A stretch of 64,000 nt of DNA from a virus (taxonomy: Duplodnaviria; Caudoviricetes). The stretch lies in the IMG/VR virus record IMGVR_UViG_3300011116_001007; one strand, 5' to 3'. Below, one piece after another: positions 19,057-27,270 of this stretch. The position numbers and the translations under genes are program-made. Position 1 is the stretch's first letter, and the number at the start of each line of letters is the position of its first letter. The notes beneath the pieces were generated by a model. That model ran no database searches, had not been told where the DNA came from, and worked only from the letters and a program-made list of their open reading frames with translations.

Positions 19057-19349
19057 GACCACTTCAACAAAAACAAAGTGCGGTCCCGTTCATCACGGAA
19101 CCAATACTTGTAATTACTGCCAACCCAACGAGCGTGTTCTACTGACCAATCAGACTCTCCCATTGTATCTATTACCCACTGGTCCATGCCCCACCACTCT
19201 GCCTCAGTGTAGTTTGATGGTCGAATCCAATAGGGCCATTTAGGTTGATTTTCAGCATAGCCAGTTTCAAGGCGTTTCACGTTGATTTCATCTATCCATT
19301 GTGTTGCCATTTTGGTTATCTGTTGTGGAGTCAATATAGCGTTACTCAT
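19053..19349 (-). CDS. LRW-array small protein 9
   Basis: Ends FRDERDRTLFLLKWS. Confidence 0.75.
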   Translation of the reverse strand: MSNAILTPQQITKMATQWIDEINVKRLETGYAENQPKWPYWIRPSNYTEAEWWGMDQWVIDTMGESDWSVEHARWVGSNYKYWFRDERDRTLFLLKWS

Positions 19350-19738
19350 CGCCGCATCTTGGATATGTCAATTGCTTCTTCGTCGCTGAACACAGGCACA
19401 GCATTGCTCTTGTGCATGGTAGCAATGCCTTTGACCTTGGTGCCTGTATACACTTTGGCAGGTGCCAACGCTGCCACACCACCGCCGGTGCCAAGACTGG
19501 GAATGTGAGCAGTACCTGCACGATCTGTGGCACCAGTCAAATTGTAAACCAAGGGTTCTGCTGCTAGAGCACGACGACGCTTCTTTTCTTCTGCAGCCAC
19601 ACCTTGACGTTTCAGCAGTTGTTTCCAGTCAGCTTCGAGTTCACGAGCCTTGCGAGCTTCAGCAGCATTACGGTATTTGAATTTACCCTTCTTCTTGCCA
19701 TTGAGGCTCAGCGCAGGGCCGCACATGTGCATGGTCAT
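19346..19738 (-). CDS. Conserved T4-like-phage hypothetical protein
   Basis: C-terminal YTGTKVKGIATMHKSNAVPVF; AGGAG SD. Confidence 0.75.
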   Translation of the reverse strand: MTMHMCGPALSLNGKKKGKFKYRNAAEARKARELEADWKQLLKRQGVAAEEKKRRRALAAEPLVYNLTGATDRAGTAHIPSLGTGGGVAALAPAKVYTGTKVKGIATMHKSNAVPVFSDEEAIDISKMRR

Positions 19739-19764
19739 AAAGATCTCCTGGTAGTCATGTGCTT

Positions 19765-19793
19765 ATTATAGCACAGCTCAAATTACCGGTCAA
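19765..19793 (-). promoter_or_regulatory. Sigma70-type early promoter
   Basis: TTGACC-N17-TATAAT. Confidence 0.85.
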
Positions 19794-19796
19794 CCG

Positions 19797-20099
19797 TTAT
19801 TTGAACAGGATCAGCGCCATCAAAACGGCTTGCACAATAAATCCCGAGCCCACAGTGATGATATTCAACATGTCTTTGAGCACCACCGCTCGCATGAACA
19901 ACAAGACCAGTCCAGCCCACAAGAACAATATCACGTCCAAACTAGGTGTTCGATCACTGAGTCCTGTCATCAGAGCCAGCAAAGTGGGCACAGTAGCAGC
20001 ATGTAACACTATGGCTGATAACCATCCTAAAGTTTCTGCACTCAATCTGGGCAAGTGTTCACCCAACCAGTCAATAATAGAACGAGATGCAAATATCAT
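19797..20099 (-). CDS. Small multi-TM membrane protein
   Basis: Three hydrophobic segments; ATGA-coupled to SleB. Confidence 0.65.
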   Translation of the reverse strand: MIFASRSIIDWLGEHLPRLSAETLGWLSAIVLHAATVPTLLALMTGLSDRTPSLDVILFLWAGLVLLFMRAVVLKDMLNIITVGSGFIVQAVLMALILFK

Positions 20100-20668
20100 G
20101 TTTTTTCTCCGTAAAAGATATGATGTCCAATTTTCTCTAATTTGGGTTTGTTCCAACCCGGATTCACGTAGTCAGCGTGATAGTACAGTGCGTTTTTCAG
20201 TCCCGGCAAGCGGAATCCTTCCAACAACACTTTTTTGGCCACTTCCTCACTTTCCCTCCACAGGGGTCGGTGTATGGCTTTGCCAGGATGTCCTGATTCA
20301 CAGAACCAGCTGAATTGGCACACTACTTTTTCGTAGAATACGTTTTTCTGATATACCACTGCACATACAGAATTGGCAAAACGTCCAGAGTCCACACGGT
20401 TCAGAGTGACCTGCGCCACACCCACCTTGCCTTCAAACGGTTCGTTGGCAGCTTCCCAATAGATGTTTCTTGTGAGGCATTCCAGTTCTCGGGTGCGTTG
20501 TGCTGCACTGATATAAGTTGCGGATAGACCATCTGGTTGTTCACGCAGGGCATTGAGTCGATTATTGGTCACCACGTACACCACATAGACCACTGCAATC
20601 AGTCCTAGGACTTTGAGTAGATATGAACTGTAGCGTTGTGCCAAAAGGGATATTTGATTTGCTTTCAT
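20096..20668 (-). CDS. Cell wall hydrolase, SleB/Hydrolase_2 family, with N-terminal TM
   Basis: CLTRNIYWEA.NE...GKVGVAQVTLNRV...CQFSW...YYHADYVNP.W...GHHIFY. Confidence 0.9.
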   Translation of the reverse strand: MKANQISLLAQRYSSYLLKVLGLIAVVYVVYVVTNNRLNALREQPDGLSATYISAAQRTRELECLTRNIYWEAANEPFEGKVGVAQVTLNRVDSGRFANSVCAVVYQKNVFYEKVVCQFSWFCESGHPGKAIHRPLWRESEEVAKKVLLEGFRLPGLKNALYYHADYVNPGWNKPKLEKIGHHIFYGEKT

Positions 20669-20748
20669 GGTAGTGTTACTTAATGAAATGGGCAAAATCA
20701 CCCGAAAGATCGGGCCAAAACAGTATGGTTTCGGCCGATCCACTGTGT

Positions 20749-20777
20749 ATTATAACACAGACTGGTCGAATTTGCAA
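20749..20777 (-). promoter_or_regulatory. Sigma70-type promoter for the SleB operon
   Basis: TTGCAA-N17-TATAAT. Confidence 0.65.
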
Positions 20778-21529
20778 ACCGGTATTGGCAACATCTTGTG
20801 CAAATTTGTTGCGCGAATCTCACGGTAGCGACGAAGATTTTTTTTCTCTTGAGGAGTGATATGGGGGAGAAAAAAACCGGTGTCTTGAAGCATGGCCTGT
20901 TCCAGTTCAGGATAGGTCATGCCCAGTTGATCCTCATCGGTGCGACCATCCTCCCACAATCCATCTGTGGGCGGTGCATCGATGATTGACTGCAACAGTC
21001 CCAGTTCACGACCCATGGCCCACACCTCTGTTTTCATGCAGTCGCCAATGGGGCTGATGTCCACACCACCATCGCCGTATTTGGTAAAGAAGCCCACACC
21101 AAAGTCTTCCACTCGATTGCCTGTGCCCACCACAATACCCCGCTGGCTTTGTGCAATCTGATACAGGGTCATCATGCGTAGTCTAGCACGACTGTTGGCA
21201 TAGGCCAGTTCATTGTACACACCGTCCTCTGTGGCTTTTTCAAACTGTTTGAAGGCCGGGGTGAGATCAATTGTTTTGTGTAGCACGTTGTTGGGGAATC
21301 GTTCCGCCAGCCAGGCGCCGTGAGCAACACTGAGACTATGAGTTTTTTTACTTTGGCGTATGGGCATGCTGACTGCATGTACATCCAGTCCAGTCATTGC
21401 ACACAAGGTACTGACCACAGCAGAATCAATGCCACCTGATACTCCCACTACCAACGTGTTAATTTTGGCACTCCGGGCATAACTTTTGATCCACTTCACA
21501 ATAGTGGTAACACGTTGTTTAGGTGTCAT
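20750..21529 (-). CDS. nadE: NH3-dependent NAD+ synthetase
   Basis: GVSGGIDSAVV, N.RARLRM, GTGN..E...GFFTKYGDG, PT.GLW...TDEDQLG. Confidence 0.93.
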   Translation of the reverse strand: MTPKQRVTTIVKWIKSYARSAKINTLVVGVSGGIDSAVVSTLCAMTGLDVHAVSMPIRQSKKTHSLSVAHGAWLAERFPNNVLHKTIDLTPAFKQFEKATEDGVYNELAYANSRARLRMMTLYQIAQSQRGIVVGTGNRVEDFGVGFFTKYGDGGVDISPIGDCMKTEVWAMGRELGLLQSIIDAPPTDGLWEDGRTDEDQLGMTYPELEQAMLQDTGFFLPHITPQEKKNLRRYREIRATNLHKMLPIPVCKFDQSVL

Positions 21530-22092
21530 ACTTTTACTTTTGGCATTTTTTTCAATGTTTCCCACATCAGGGCTTTCTCTTTGCATTTCTTCTCCAGTTT
21601 CTTATATCGTTCGCCCAGTCGGCGTAGGTCATCCCAATCTTTTTCTAACTCGGCGTTGGGCGTGAGTATGTTCAATCGCTCTTCTACCCGTTCCATCCAC
21701 TCAGTCATGCTCTTGCCATTGATCTTGATGTCTGCATCTTTACCTTCTACAGAAATTATAGTACTGGGTTTGTTACCGTAAACGCCGCCAATTGTGTATG
21801 TGCCGCCGCTGCCAGCTACACCAATGGTGTTAATAGTATTGTTACTATAATAAGCACCAGCGCCTGAGCCGCCTGCTAGAGAAACTACTGGATTTGTATC
21901 CCATACTGCACCAGTTGCTGAGCTGGTTCCACCGCTAATGGTAACATTAGCATCGCCCCAATCGATTGAGCTTATTTGCACAGGATTGTCCACAGCCTGT
22001 TTGGCCAAATCACGCATTTTTTCCAGCTGGATGTTTAGCTTTTCAGATAGCTCTTCCGTCGAAGGGTCTTTTAATGAAACAGCCACGGTCAT
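21526..22092 (-). CDS. Hypothetical protein with Gly/Ser-rich linker and C-terminal coiled coil
   Basis: 188 aa ORF, coupled to nadE. Confidence 0.7.
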   Translation of the reverse strand: MTVAVSLKDPSTEELSEKLNIQLEKMRDLAKQAVDNPVQISSIDWGDANVTISGGTSSATGAVWDTNPVVSLAGGSGAGAYYSNNTINTIGVAGSGGTYTIGGVYGNKPSTIISVEGKDADIKINGKSMTEWMERVEERLNILTPNAELEKDWDDLRRLGERYKKLEKKCKEKALMWETLKKMPKVKV

Positions 22093-22093
22093 A

Positions 22094-22282
22094 TTACACC
22101 TTGACAGCTAGGGCTTCTTTTTCTGCGGTGATTTCTTTGCGGCGTTCTTTGATGCCTTTGCTCATTTCTTGCAGGGCTTTTCTTGCTCTGGCAGCAGCAG
22201 CCTTGACACCTTTGCCTGTGAATTTTTCGTTTTCGGCAATGTAAGATTCGTAAGCAGCGACGATTTGTTCATGATTGGTCAT
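22094..22282 (-). CDS. Histone H1-like Hc1-family small basic protein
   Basis: ENEKF..KGVKAAAARARKALQEM.K..K.RRKE. Confidence 0.6.
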   Translation of the reverse strand: MTNHEQIVAAYESYIAENEKFTGKGVKAAAARARKALQEMSKGIKERRKEITAEKEALAVKV

Positions 22283-22520
22283 TTGGGTTCTCCTTGATTA
22301 TGACGATGGCTATGTTATCAGCAGCAGCCCGTTCCAGTTCGGCACTGTAGCTGTGTACATTAAATTCGATAACACGACTGCGGCGGTCGCCAATCCAATC
22401 TTCCAACAATTGGTCTTGTATCATTGGATGATCAGTTTGTGTGGCACCAGCAGCCGACAAAGCCTCATGCCAAGTATATTGTTTGATCTCTTTACCTGGT
22501 GCAATGAAGTTTATTATCAT
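22269..22520 (-). CDS. Hypothetical protein (probably leaderless)
   Basis: ATG 6 nt after TATAAT. Confidence 0.6.
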   Translation of the reverse strand: MIINFIAPGKEIKQYTWHEALSAAGATQTDHPMIQDQLLEDWIGDRRSRVIEFNVHSYSAELERAAADNIAIVIIKENPNDQS

Positions 22521-22526
22521 ACAGTA

Positions 22527-22555
22527 ATTATACTGGCCTGCTGCCGGGTTGTCAA
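22527..22555 (-). promoter_or_regulatory. Consensus sigma70 promoter
   Basis: TTGACA-N17-TATAAT. Confidence 0.85.
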
Positions 22556-22583
22556 TAAAATCACCTGGATTTGGCACTCTTGC

Positions 22584-22832
22584 TCAGTCGAGATATATGT
22601 GTCGACGAAGCCAAGTATCCCATATGGTCAAGTTTGATATGTCATGACTCCATGTGAGCTTGAACTGTTCAAACGCACGTTGTTCATGCAACATCATTCT
22701 ATTGCCTGTGGCATGTGCGTGATCAATTTTGTTATCACGTATCCAAGAACGAAATACTGATTCTGCTTGTTTTTGATTGTGCAAAATTATAATGTACAGT
22801 GGTTCGACTGCGCGATAACTGGCTATGGACAT
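22584..22832 (-). CDS. Hypothetical protein
   Basis: 82 aa; contains an F.LTW motif reminiscent of the LRW family. Confidence 0.6.
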   Translation of the reverse strand: MSIASYRAVEPLYIIILHNQKQAESVFRSWIRDNKIDHAHATGNRMMLHEQRAFEQFKLTWSHDISNLTIWDTWLRRHIYLD

Positions 22833-23096
22833 TTAGTGGAAAGTGGTTCCCGGTGGGGGCGGAGTGGGCTCGATGTTATTTACTTGACTGAATATTACAG
22901 GAAATCTTTCATCCAATTCAATAAAGGAATCATCGTATTCAGCAGCCGTTTCATTTTCTACTCCCAGCAACCGCATGATGGCACCTGTGTGTATTTTTCT
23001 AATGCCAATGTCGTACAGCACTGCCATCAGGTTGATCATGGTCTCGTGGATTTTGTCTTTGTATTGTTCGGGGTCTTGCATACAATTAATTATCAT
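22833..23096 (-). CDS. Hypothetical protein
   Basis: 87 aa ORF; start uncertain. Confidence 0.6.
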   Translation of the reverse strand: MIINCMQDPEQYKDKIHETMINLMAVLYDIGIRKIHTGAIMRLLGVENETAAEYDDSFIELDERFPVIFSQVNNIEPTPPPPGTTFH

Positions 23097-23103
23097 TCAA
23101 AAC

Positions 23104-23128
23104 GAAAAAGCGGCCATTAAGGCCGCTT
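23104..23128 (-). terminator. Intrinsic terminator
   Basis: AAGCGGCC-5 nt loop-GGCCGCTT followed by T-tract on minus strand. Confidence 0.8.
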
Positions 23129-23150
23129 GCTGACTGACGCAAAGTTGCGT

Positions 23151-23519
23151 TTAGGCTGCAGGAGAGCTCACTGCATCTAAAATCTGCTTGGCAGTCACGC
23201 CTTTGGCAGAGCTCTTGGCTTTGACGCCGGCGCTGGCCTGCACTTTGACTTCGCCTTTCTTGGCGATCTTGCTTTTCTCTGCCAGCTTGTTAGCCACAGC
23301 AAAGCCGGCCTCACCATCAGTGATGCCCAAGGTCTGCAGGTGTTGCAGAGCTTCCAGCTTGGTCATTGCACGGGGCAATTCAACCAAGTTGATATTGGTA
23401 CATCCTGCCTTGTTTAGGATCTTGACGCGAGCCACTAGGTCGTTAGCGAAACGAGCCTTGGCGGTGCCATCAGCGTTGGTTGCGGTACCTGCTACGGTAA
23501 AAGTTTTTTCATTTGACAT
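23151..23519 (-). CDS. Conserved hypothetical protein with Lys/Ala-rich tail
   Basis: TFTVAG...ARFAND..ARVKIL.K.G..NINLVELP..MTK. Confidence 0.75.
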   Translation of the reverse strand: MSNEKTFTVAGTATNADGTAKARFANDLVARVKILNKAGCTNINLVELPRAMTKLEALQHLQTLGITDGEAGFAVANKLAEKSKIAKKGEVKVQASAGVKAKSSAKGVTAKQILDAVSSPAA

Positions 23520-23578
23520 AAGTTGCCTTTCTAGTTGCCTGTTGTTAAAAAATCATGCTGTGTTTGCAGCATATCTAA

Positions 23579-23607
23579 AGTATAACACAAGGTGGAATAG
23601 AGGTCAA
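23579..23607 (-). promoter_or_regulatory. Sigma70-type promoter
   Basis: TTGACC-N17-TATACT. Confidence 0.8.
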
Positions 23608-23630
23608 CCACTTTGTGCTATTTAGATCTT

Positions 23631-23759
23631 TTATTTGCTCAATTCCTGAGCATTTGATTTGATGGATTCCACTCCATGATCAGCCATTCGGGCCAGGCCC
23701 GTAAAACCAACCGAAGCCACCACCAATCCCAATACGAATCCCACGATGAATTTGGTCAT
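23631..23759 (-). CDS. Small membrane peptide (42 aa)
   Basis: Manual translation MTKFIVGFVLGLVVASVGFTGLARMADHG...; AAGGA SD. Confidence 0.6.
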   Translation of the reverse strand: MTKFIVGFVLGLVVASVGFTGLARMADHGVESIKSNAQELSK

Positions 23760-23768
23760 ATCAATTCC

Positions 23769-24122
23769 TTATGTTTTTACCAAGGTAGGCATCTTGCCAT
23801 CTTTCAGCGTTTTTGCCATTTGCTGATTACGCTCATCCTGTTCTTTGCGTTCACGCTTTTTGTCAAGGTTCCGATCAATGGTCATACGGTCGTATTCTCG
23901 TGCCCATAATACACCTTGCATAAACCTGTCGGCATGTTCTAATGAACCAACAAACAATTGTGCATCACGGCTGTAGATAGGCAATGCATCAGGATCCTTA
24001 GGCACTAATGCAACATTTTCTCCCCACCGATCGTCGTGCCTATATGCTGTGAATTTCATTCCTAGAAGATCAGCACGTTCTTCTAACTTGCGAATTGTTT
24101 GAATTGTATTCCAGCCACTCAT
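23769..24122 (-). CDS. Hypothetical protein
   Basis: 117 aa ORF. Confidence 0.7.
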   Translation of the reverse strand: MSGWNTIQTIRKLEERADLLGMKFTAYRHDDRWGENVALVPKDPDALPIYSRDAQLFVGSLEHADRFMQGVLWAREYDRMTIDRNLDKKRERKEQDERNQQMAKTLKDGKMPTLVKT

Positions 24123-24397
24123 TTGTCATGCACCATTTGATTAGTACCCACCCAGAAAAATACCAGGCCCACAATGCTCACAATTATGGAAGTAAAAAGT
24201 CCTGCATCAGTTGGGCTGGAGTCAATTCCGCCTGCACCAATCAACAACAAAACTAATCCCAGTGTTGCATTCATCATATTATCCTTCAATTCCTTCAAGG
24301 CTGTGTTGTTCCAACCAACCATAAACCACTTCAATGGGGCACTCCAGCATGACCGAAATGCTTCGTGGACTGTAGCCCTCGATGTACAGTTGCTCAA
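24119..24397 (-). CDS. Small 2-TM protein (true start probably downstream of track start)
   Basis: Two hydrophobic helices in the C-terminal half. Confidence 0.5.
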   Translation of the reverse strand: MSNCTSRATVHEAFRSCWSAPLKWFMVGWNNTALKELKDNMMNATLGLVLLLIGAGGIDSSPTDAGLFTSIIVSIVGLVFFWVGTNQMVHDK

Positions 24398-24424
24398 TGT
24401 CGTAGGTTAGATCTTTTATCTTGC

Positions 24425-24886
24425 TCATGCTGTTTCCTTTTGTGCTGCCAATGCTTCTGACAGTTCAACCAATCGGCTACCCTTATCGGGACAACCACAA
24501 TACCAAACACCGTCTCGCATGATGTAGTAATACTCAGCGCCGCAGTTGTATACCTGTGCTAGGAACTGATCAAACGTGTGAGCCACTTGGAACTCTTGAT
24601 CCTTCTCGCCGCGATCGCGCATGTAAAACGTGCAGTAACCTTGATCCTGAGCGTGTTCGTACAGGGCCTTGTCTTCGGCACTGGTGTGCGGGCTGAACGG
24701 ATGTGCTTCACCAATTACTCGGCCCAACGAACTAAGATTGCCCATGGCCACAAGATGGTTGGCCTTGGCACTGTCATAATGCTCTTGCAAGATAGCGCCG
24801 TTGTGTGCTAGATATCCGTCCCAATGACAGTAAACTGATTTGCACTTTTCACCATGCATAACGCCAATTCGACTACGTGTACCCAT
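24425..24886 (-). CDS. Conserved phage hypothetical protein
   Basis: MGTRSRIG...SVYCHWDGY..HNG.IL.EHY; GGAG SD. Confidence 0.8.
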   Translation of the reverse strand: MGTRSRIGVMHGEKCKSVYCHWDGYLAHNGAILQEHYDSAKANHLVAMGNLSSLGRVIGEAHPFSPHTSAEDKALYEHAQDQGYCTFYMRDRGEKDQEFQVAHTFDQFLAQVYNCGAEYYYIMRDGVWYCGCPDKGSRLVELSEALAAQKETA

Positions 24887-24916
24887 TTTTTACTCCAGTT
24901 AGTTGGTGATGTTTGT

Positions 24917-24945
24917 ATTATAGCAGTTCGGACAATACCGGTCAA
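24917..24945 (-). promoter_or_regulatory. Sigma70-type early promoter
   Basis: TTGACC-N17-TATAAT. Confidence 0.85.
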
Positions 24946-25181
24946 CCTAAAACTACCACACGGCGAGTACCTTCAAAGTCGCCTTCATCTTCGTACATGT
25001 CATTCTCGTCCAAGAGCTTGTCTACACGATGATATTCACTGTACTTGACCACACCTTCGAACACTTCGGATGCCGCAGGAGCGACCCGGGTGCGCCAGTG
25101 ATCACCATAGTTGTAACTGAAATGCACTTCGGCATTAGGGTCCAGATCCATCAATTGTTCGATCAGTTGGAAAACTTGCAT
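24942..25181 (-). CDS. Hypothetical protein
   Basis: 79 aa ORF with GGAG SD. Confidence 0.7.
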   Translation of the reverse strand: MQVFQLIEQLMDLDPNAEVHFSYNYGDHWRTRVAPAASEVFEGVVKYSEYHRVDKLLDENDMYEDEGDFEGTRRVVVLG

Positions 25182-25183
25182 GA

Positions 25184-25462
25184 TTATTCTCCGTCCTTCA
25201 TAACATATTCAAACAGGATCCACTTGGCACGATTCAGACATTGACGGGCATCTTCGGCTCGCATGCTATCAACTTCGCCGTATTCGGTACTGATCATTTC
25301 CTGGGCATCGCTCATGAGGCTTGCAGCCATCATAGCAGGGCCACTGAAACGGAAAGTGATGCTAGATTCCACTGCTTCACGCATGCCTGCTTCGGTCACG
25401 CCGTACATGCGGACTTGACGCTTTTCTTGCTCGGTTAGTGCTTGGTAAGTTGCTGTGGACAT
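25184..25462 (-). CDS. Hypothetical protein
   Basis: AAGGAG SD; own promoter. Confidence 0.7.
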   Translation of the reverse strand: MSTATYQALTEQEKRQVRMYGVTEAGMREAVESSITFRFSGPAMMAASLMSDAQEMISTEYGEVDSMRAEDARQCLNRAKWILFEYVMKDGE

Positions 25463-25492
25463 TTGGGACTCCTTTTTGCTGAACATGTGTAT

Positions 25493-25521
25493 ATTATAGC
25501 CGATCTAGCGATTCTGGTCAA
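25493..25521 (-). promoter_or_regulatory. Sigma70-type early promoter cassette (copy shared with 26575)
   Basis: TTGACC-N17-TATAAT-N6-ATGTTCAGCAAAAAGGA. Confidence 0.85.
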
Positions 25522-25612
25522 CCGTTTTTGTCCCAAAAACCCAGGATTTTGTGTGGGTTTTTCGCAACAATTTCTGTTGTTTTTATGCAACAAAATCCGG
25601 GCTGATTTTTCA

Positions 25613-25774
25613 CTATTTTTTGGGCATCTGCACACACACCACCTTGATGCTGCTCAAGTTCTGTGTTCTGAGTTCTTGAGCTGCTTTGTTACAGGCCGCT
25701 TCTTGTTCAAACTGCCCCACATAGCTCACATTGCTGGCGTACATGCCGCCGATGATTGCAATGGCCCAAATCAT
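25613..25774 (-). CDS. Small exported peptide
   Basis: Manual translation MIWAIAIIGG...C...C...; ATGA-coupled. Confidence 0.55.
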   Translation of the reverse strand: MIWAIAIIGGMYASNVSYVGQFEQEAACNKAAQELRTQNLSSIKVVCVQMPKK

Positions 25775-25992
25775 ATTTTCTTAAACCTTTCCATAAAGGC
25801 AGTGTTGATGATGTCCATCTCCGCCTGACTCACGTAGAAGTCAGTGGCGGGATCGTAGTAGGCGCCTTCTTTGACATCGTAGTACAGCACACGACCTGAG
25901 AAGTTGAACGGCCCTTCTAGGCCTTTGCGTGGGCCATATTTGACACGCATTTGGTCTGTTTCCGAACGATCAGCCACTACAGTATAACCCAT
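25771..25992 (-). CDS. Conserved hypothetical protein
   Basis: GLEGPF...GRVLYYD.KEG.YYDP.TDFY; AAGGAG SD. Confidence 0.75.
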   Translation of the reverse strand: MGYTVVADRSETDQMRVKYGPRKGLEGPFNFSGRVLYYDVKEGAYYDPATDFYVSQAEMDIINTAFMERFKKI

Positions 25993-26018
25993 CTGGTGCT
26001 CCTTGTTGCGATAAATGT

Positions 26019-26047
26019 ATTATAGCAGAACGGTGATTTCTGGTCAA
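26019..26047 (-). promoter_or_regulatory. Sigma70-type early promoter
   Basis: TTGACC-N17-TATAAT. Confidence 0.85.
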
Positions 26048-26060
26048 CCGTCGACAACGA

Positions 26061-26264
26061 TCAATACCCTGATGCCAAATTAATGGCCTGCCAAATAGCA
26101 CCGGGTCGCCCGTGCCAATGTTCAGTTGCAACCAGTTTTTTTCGATTTGCTTCAAACCGAAATATTTGCCACTTGTTACGTTTGGTGGTGTGTTTGTGTA
26201 CTTTGTACACACCGTTGGGTCCGGTGACGGTGCTGGTAGCACCGCGTTGTGTCACTGTAGTCAT
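26061..26264 (-). CDS. Hypothetical protein
   Basis: 67 aa ORF with GGAG SD. Confidence 0.6.
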   Translation of the reverse strand: MTTVTQRGATSTVTGPNGVYKVHKHTTKRNKWQIFRFEANRKKLVATEHWHGRPGAIWQAINLASGY

Positions 26265-26265
26265 A

Positions 26266-26544
26266 TCACATGCTCCAATAAGTTTCGCTGGAAGGCGAGC
26301 AGAAGTAAGGTGTGTTCACGTCCTCTTGGAACTCCACACCGCTCATCAGGTTCTTGCGAGTCACCATGTGGGGTTTGTAGAACCGTGTATCAATGATATT
26401 CAGTTCACCAGCACTCCAACCCGATTTGCGGCAAAGACGAGTGCGAGTGGCGCGGGCAGCACCAAAAGTCTTGTAACTACGAGTGCGGTTAGGACCATCA
26501 GACACAATAAGACCAGTGCCTTTGGCGATAATGTAGTAGCTCAT
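26266..26544 (-). CDS. Hypothetical protein
   Basis: AAGGA SD; C-terminal V.RKNLMSG.EF.E..NTP..C.PSSE.YWSM. Confidence 0.7.
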   Translation of the reverse strand: MSYYIIAKGTGLIVSDGPNRTRSYKTFGAARATRTRLCRKSGWSAGELNIIDTRFYKPHMVTRKNLMSGVEFQEDVNTPYFCSPSSETYWSM

Positions 26545-26574
26545 TTTGGCTTCCTTTTTGCTGAACATGTGTGT

Positions 26575-26603
26575 ATTATAGCAGTTTGGGCAATAGCGGT
26601 CAA
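26575..26603 (-). promoter_or_regulatory. Sigma70-type early promoter cassette
   Basis: TTGACC-N17-TATAAT-N6-ATGTTCAGCAAAAAGGA. Confidence 0.85.
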
Positions 26604-26640
26604 CCAGAAAATTGTGGGTTTTTTGCGACATTTTTCAGCA

Positions 26641-26666
26641 AAAAAACCCTACTTTTGGTAGGGTTT
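26641..26666. terminator. Intrinsic terminator hairpin
   Basis: AAAAAACCCTAC-TTTTG-GTAGGGTTTTT. Confidence 0.75.
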
Positions 26667-26688
26667 TTGTGTGGTTTTTCTGCAACAA

Positions 26689-26907
26689 TTAAGCTAGAAT
26701 ATCACCAAATTCCTGATTGGTATAATAATCTATCAATTTGCGCTGGATCATAGTTAATAAATCCCCGGCATTATCATCCACTATGAATCTCACCGGGCAA
26801 TGTCCCCAACTTCGGCGTGCTTGAAACTCAGCAAACCACTGTCGATGTGATTCCAAAGTTGGATCAAATACCACCCAAGGGCGACCAATAAACGACAGTT
26901 TGCTCAT
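26689..26907 (-). CDS. Conserved hypothetical protein
   Basis: RPWVVFDP...HR.WF.EF...SWG.CPVRF; GAGG SD. Confidence 0.7.
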   Translation of the reverse strand: MSKLSFIGRPWVVFDPTLESHRQWFAEFQARRSWGHCPVRFIVDDNAGDLLTMIQRKLIDYYTNQEFGDILA

Positions 26908-27269
26908 TTGATTTCCTCTGCAGCAGTTATACCAATGAAAGTATTTTCCACTTCCCAGTTGACCCAATTGCAGATTGAATCAAAATCCACAGTTTCGTCA
27001 ATCCATTCGTATCTGAATCCATTGGTGCCGGTTACAATTTGATTGGCAAAGTCGCCTTTGACACGAGATTCAAGTTCACGAATTAGCCGTTCAGGGCCGG
27101 TCCACAGCCTTGCAAATTTGACCACATGTCCAACATGGCCTTCATAACCTTGTGTTCGGCCCACCGGATTGCTGGTAATACCAAAACAGGTACGAGCGAT
27201 TATGTTGTCTGCATCATCCACAAAGCGATGACACCACAGATAGAAATAATATGTTTTAGATTCAGTCAT
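26904..27269 (-). CDS. GIY-YIG-like nuclease-fold protein
   Basis: YFYLW...CFGITSNP..R..GY...RELE. Confidence 0.45.
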   Translation of the reverse strand: MTESKTYYFYLWCHRFVDDADNIIARTCFGITSNPVGRTQGYEGHVGHVVKFARLWTGPERLIRELESRVKGDFANQIVTGTNGFRYEWIDETVDFDSICNWVNWEVENTFIGITAAEEIK

Positions 27270-27270
27270 T

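Larger units (their letters stand above)
17144..19067 (-). repeat. 15-bp junction repeat TTGA(G/A)(G/A)TGGNNATGA at array gene boundaries
   Basis: Plus-strand tcatg(t/a)cca(c/t)ctcaa or close variants at 17144, 17497, 17739, 17987, 18199, 18396, 18826 and 19053; degenerate at 18635. Confidence 0.9.

Noticed and set aside
17144-19067. 15-bp repeats as CRISPR or integron attC sites
   Set aside because: Too short, lie within codons, show no attC-type inverted-repeat structure, and no integrase is nearby
19759-20313. 184 aa plus-strand ORF and similar overlapping track ORFs (e.g. 26083-26661, 27304-27840, 52618-53139)
   Set aside because: They fully overlap well-supported minus-strand genes and have no RBS or motifs
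25520-25612. A/T-tract-rich intergenic stretch with GCAACA words, similar to 26600-26690, as an ncRNA or origin
   Set aside because: Better explained as UP-element and terminator sequence upstream of strong promoters; no stable conserved fold is evident
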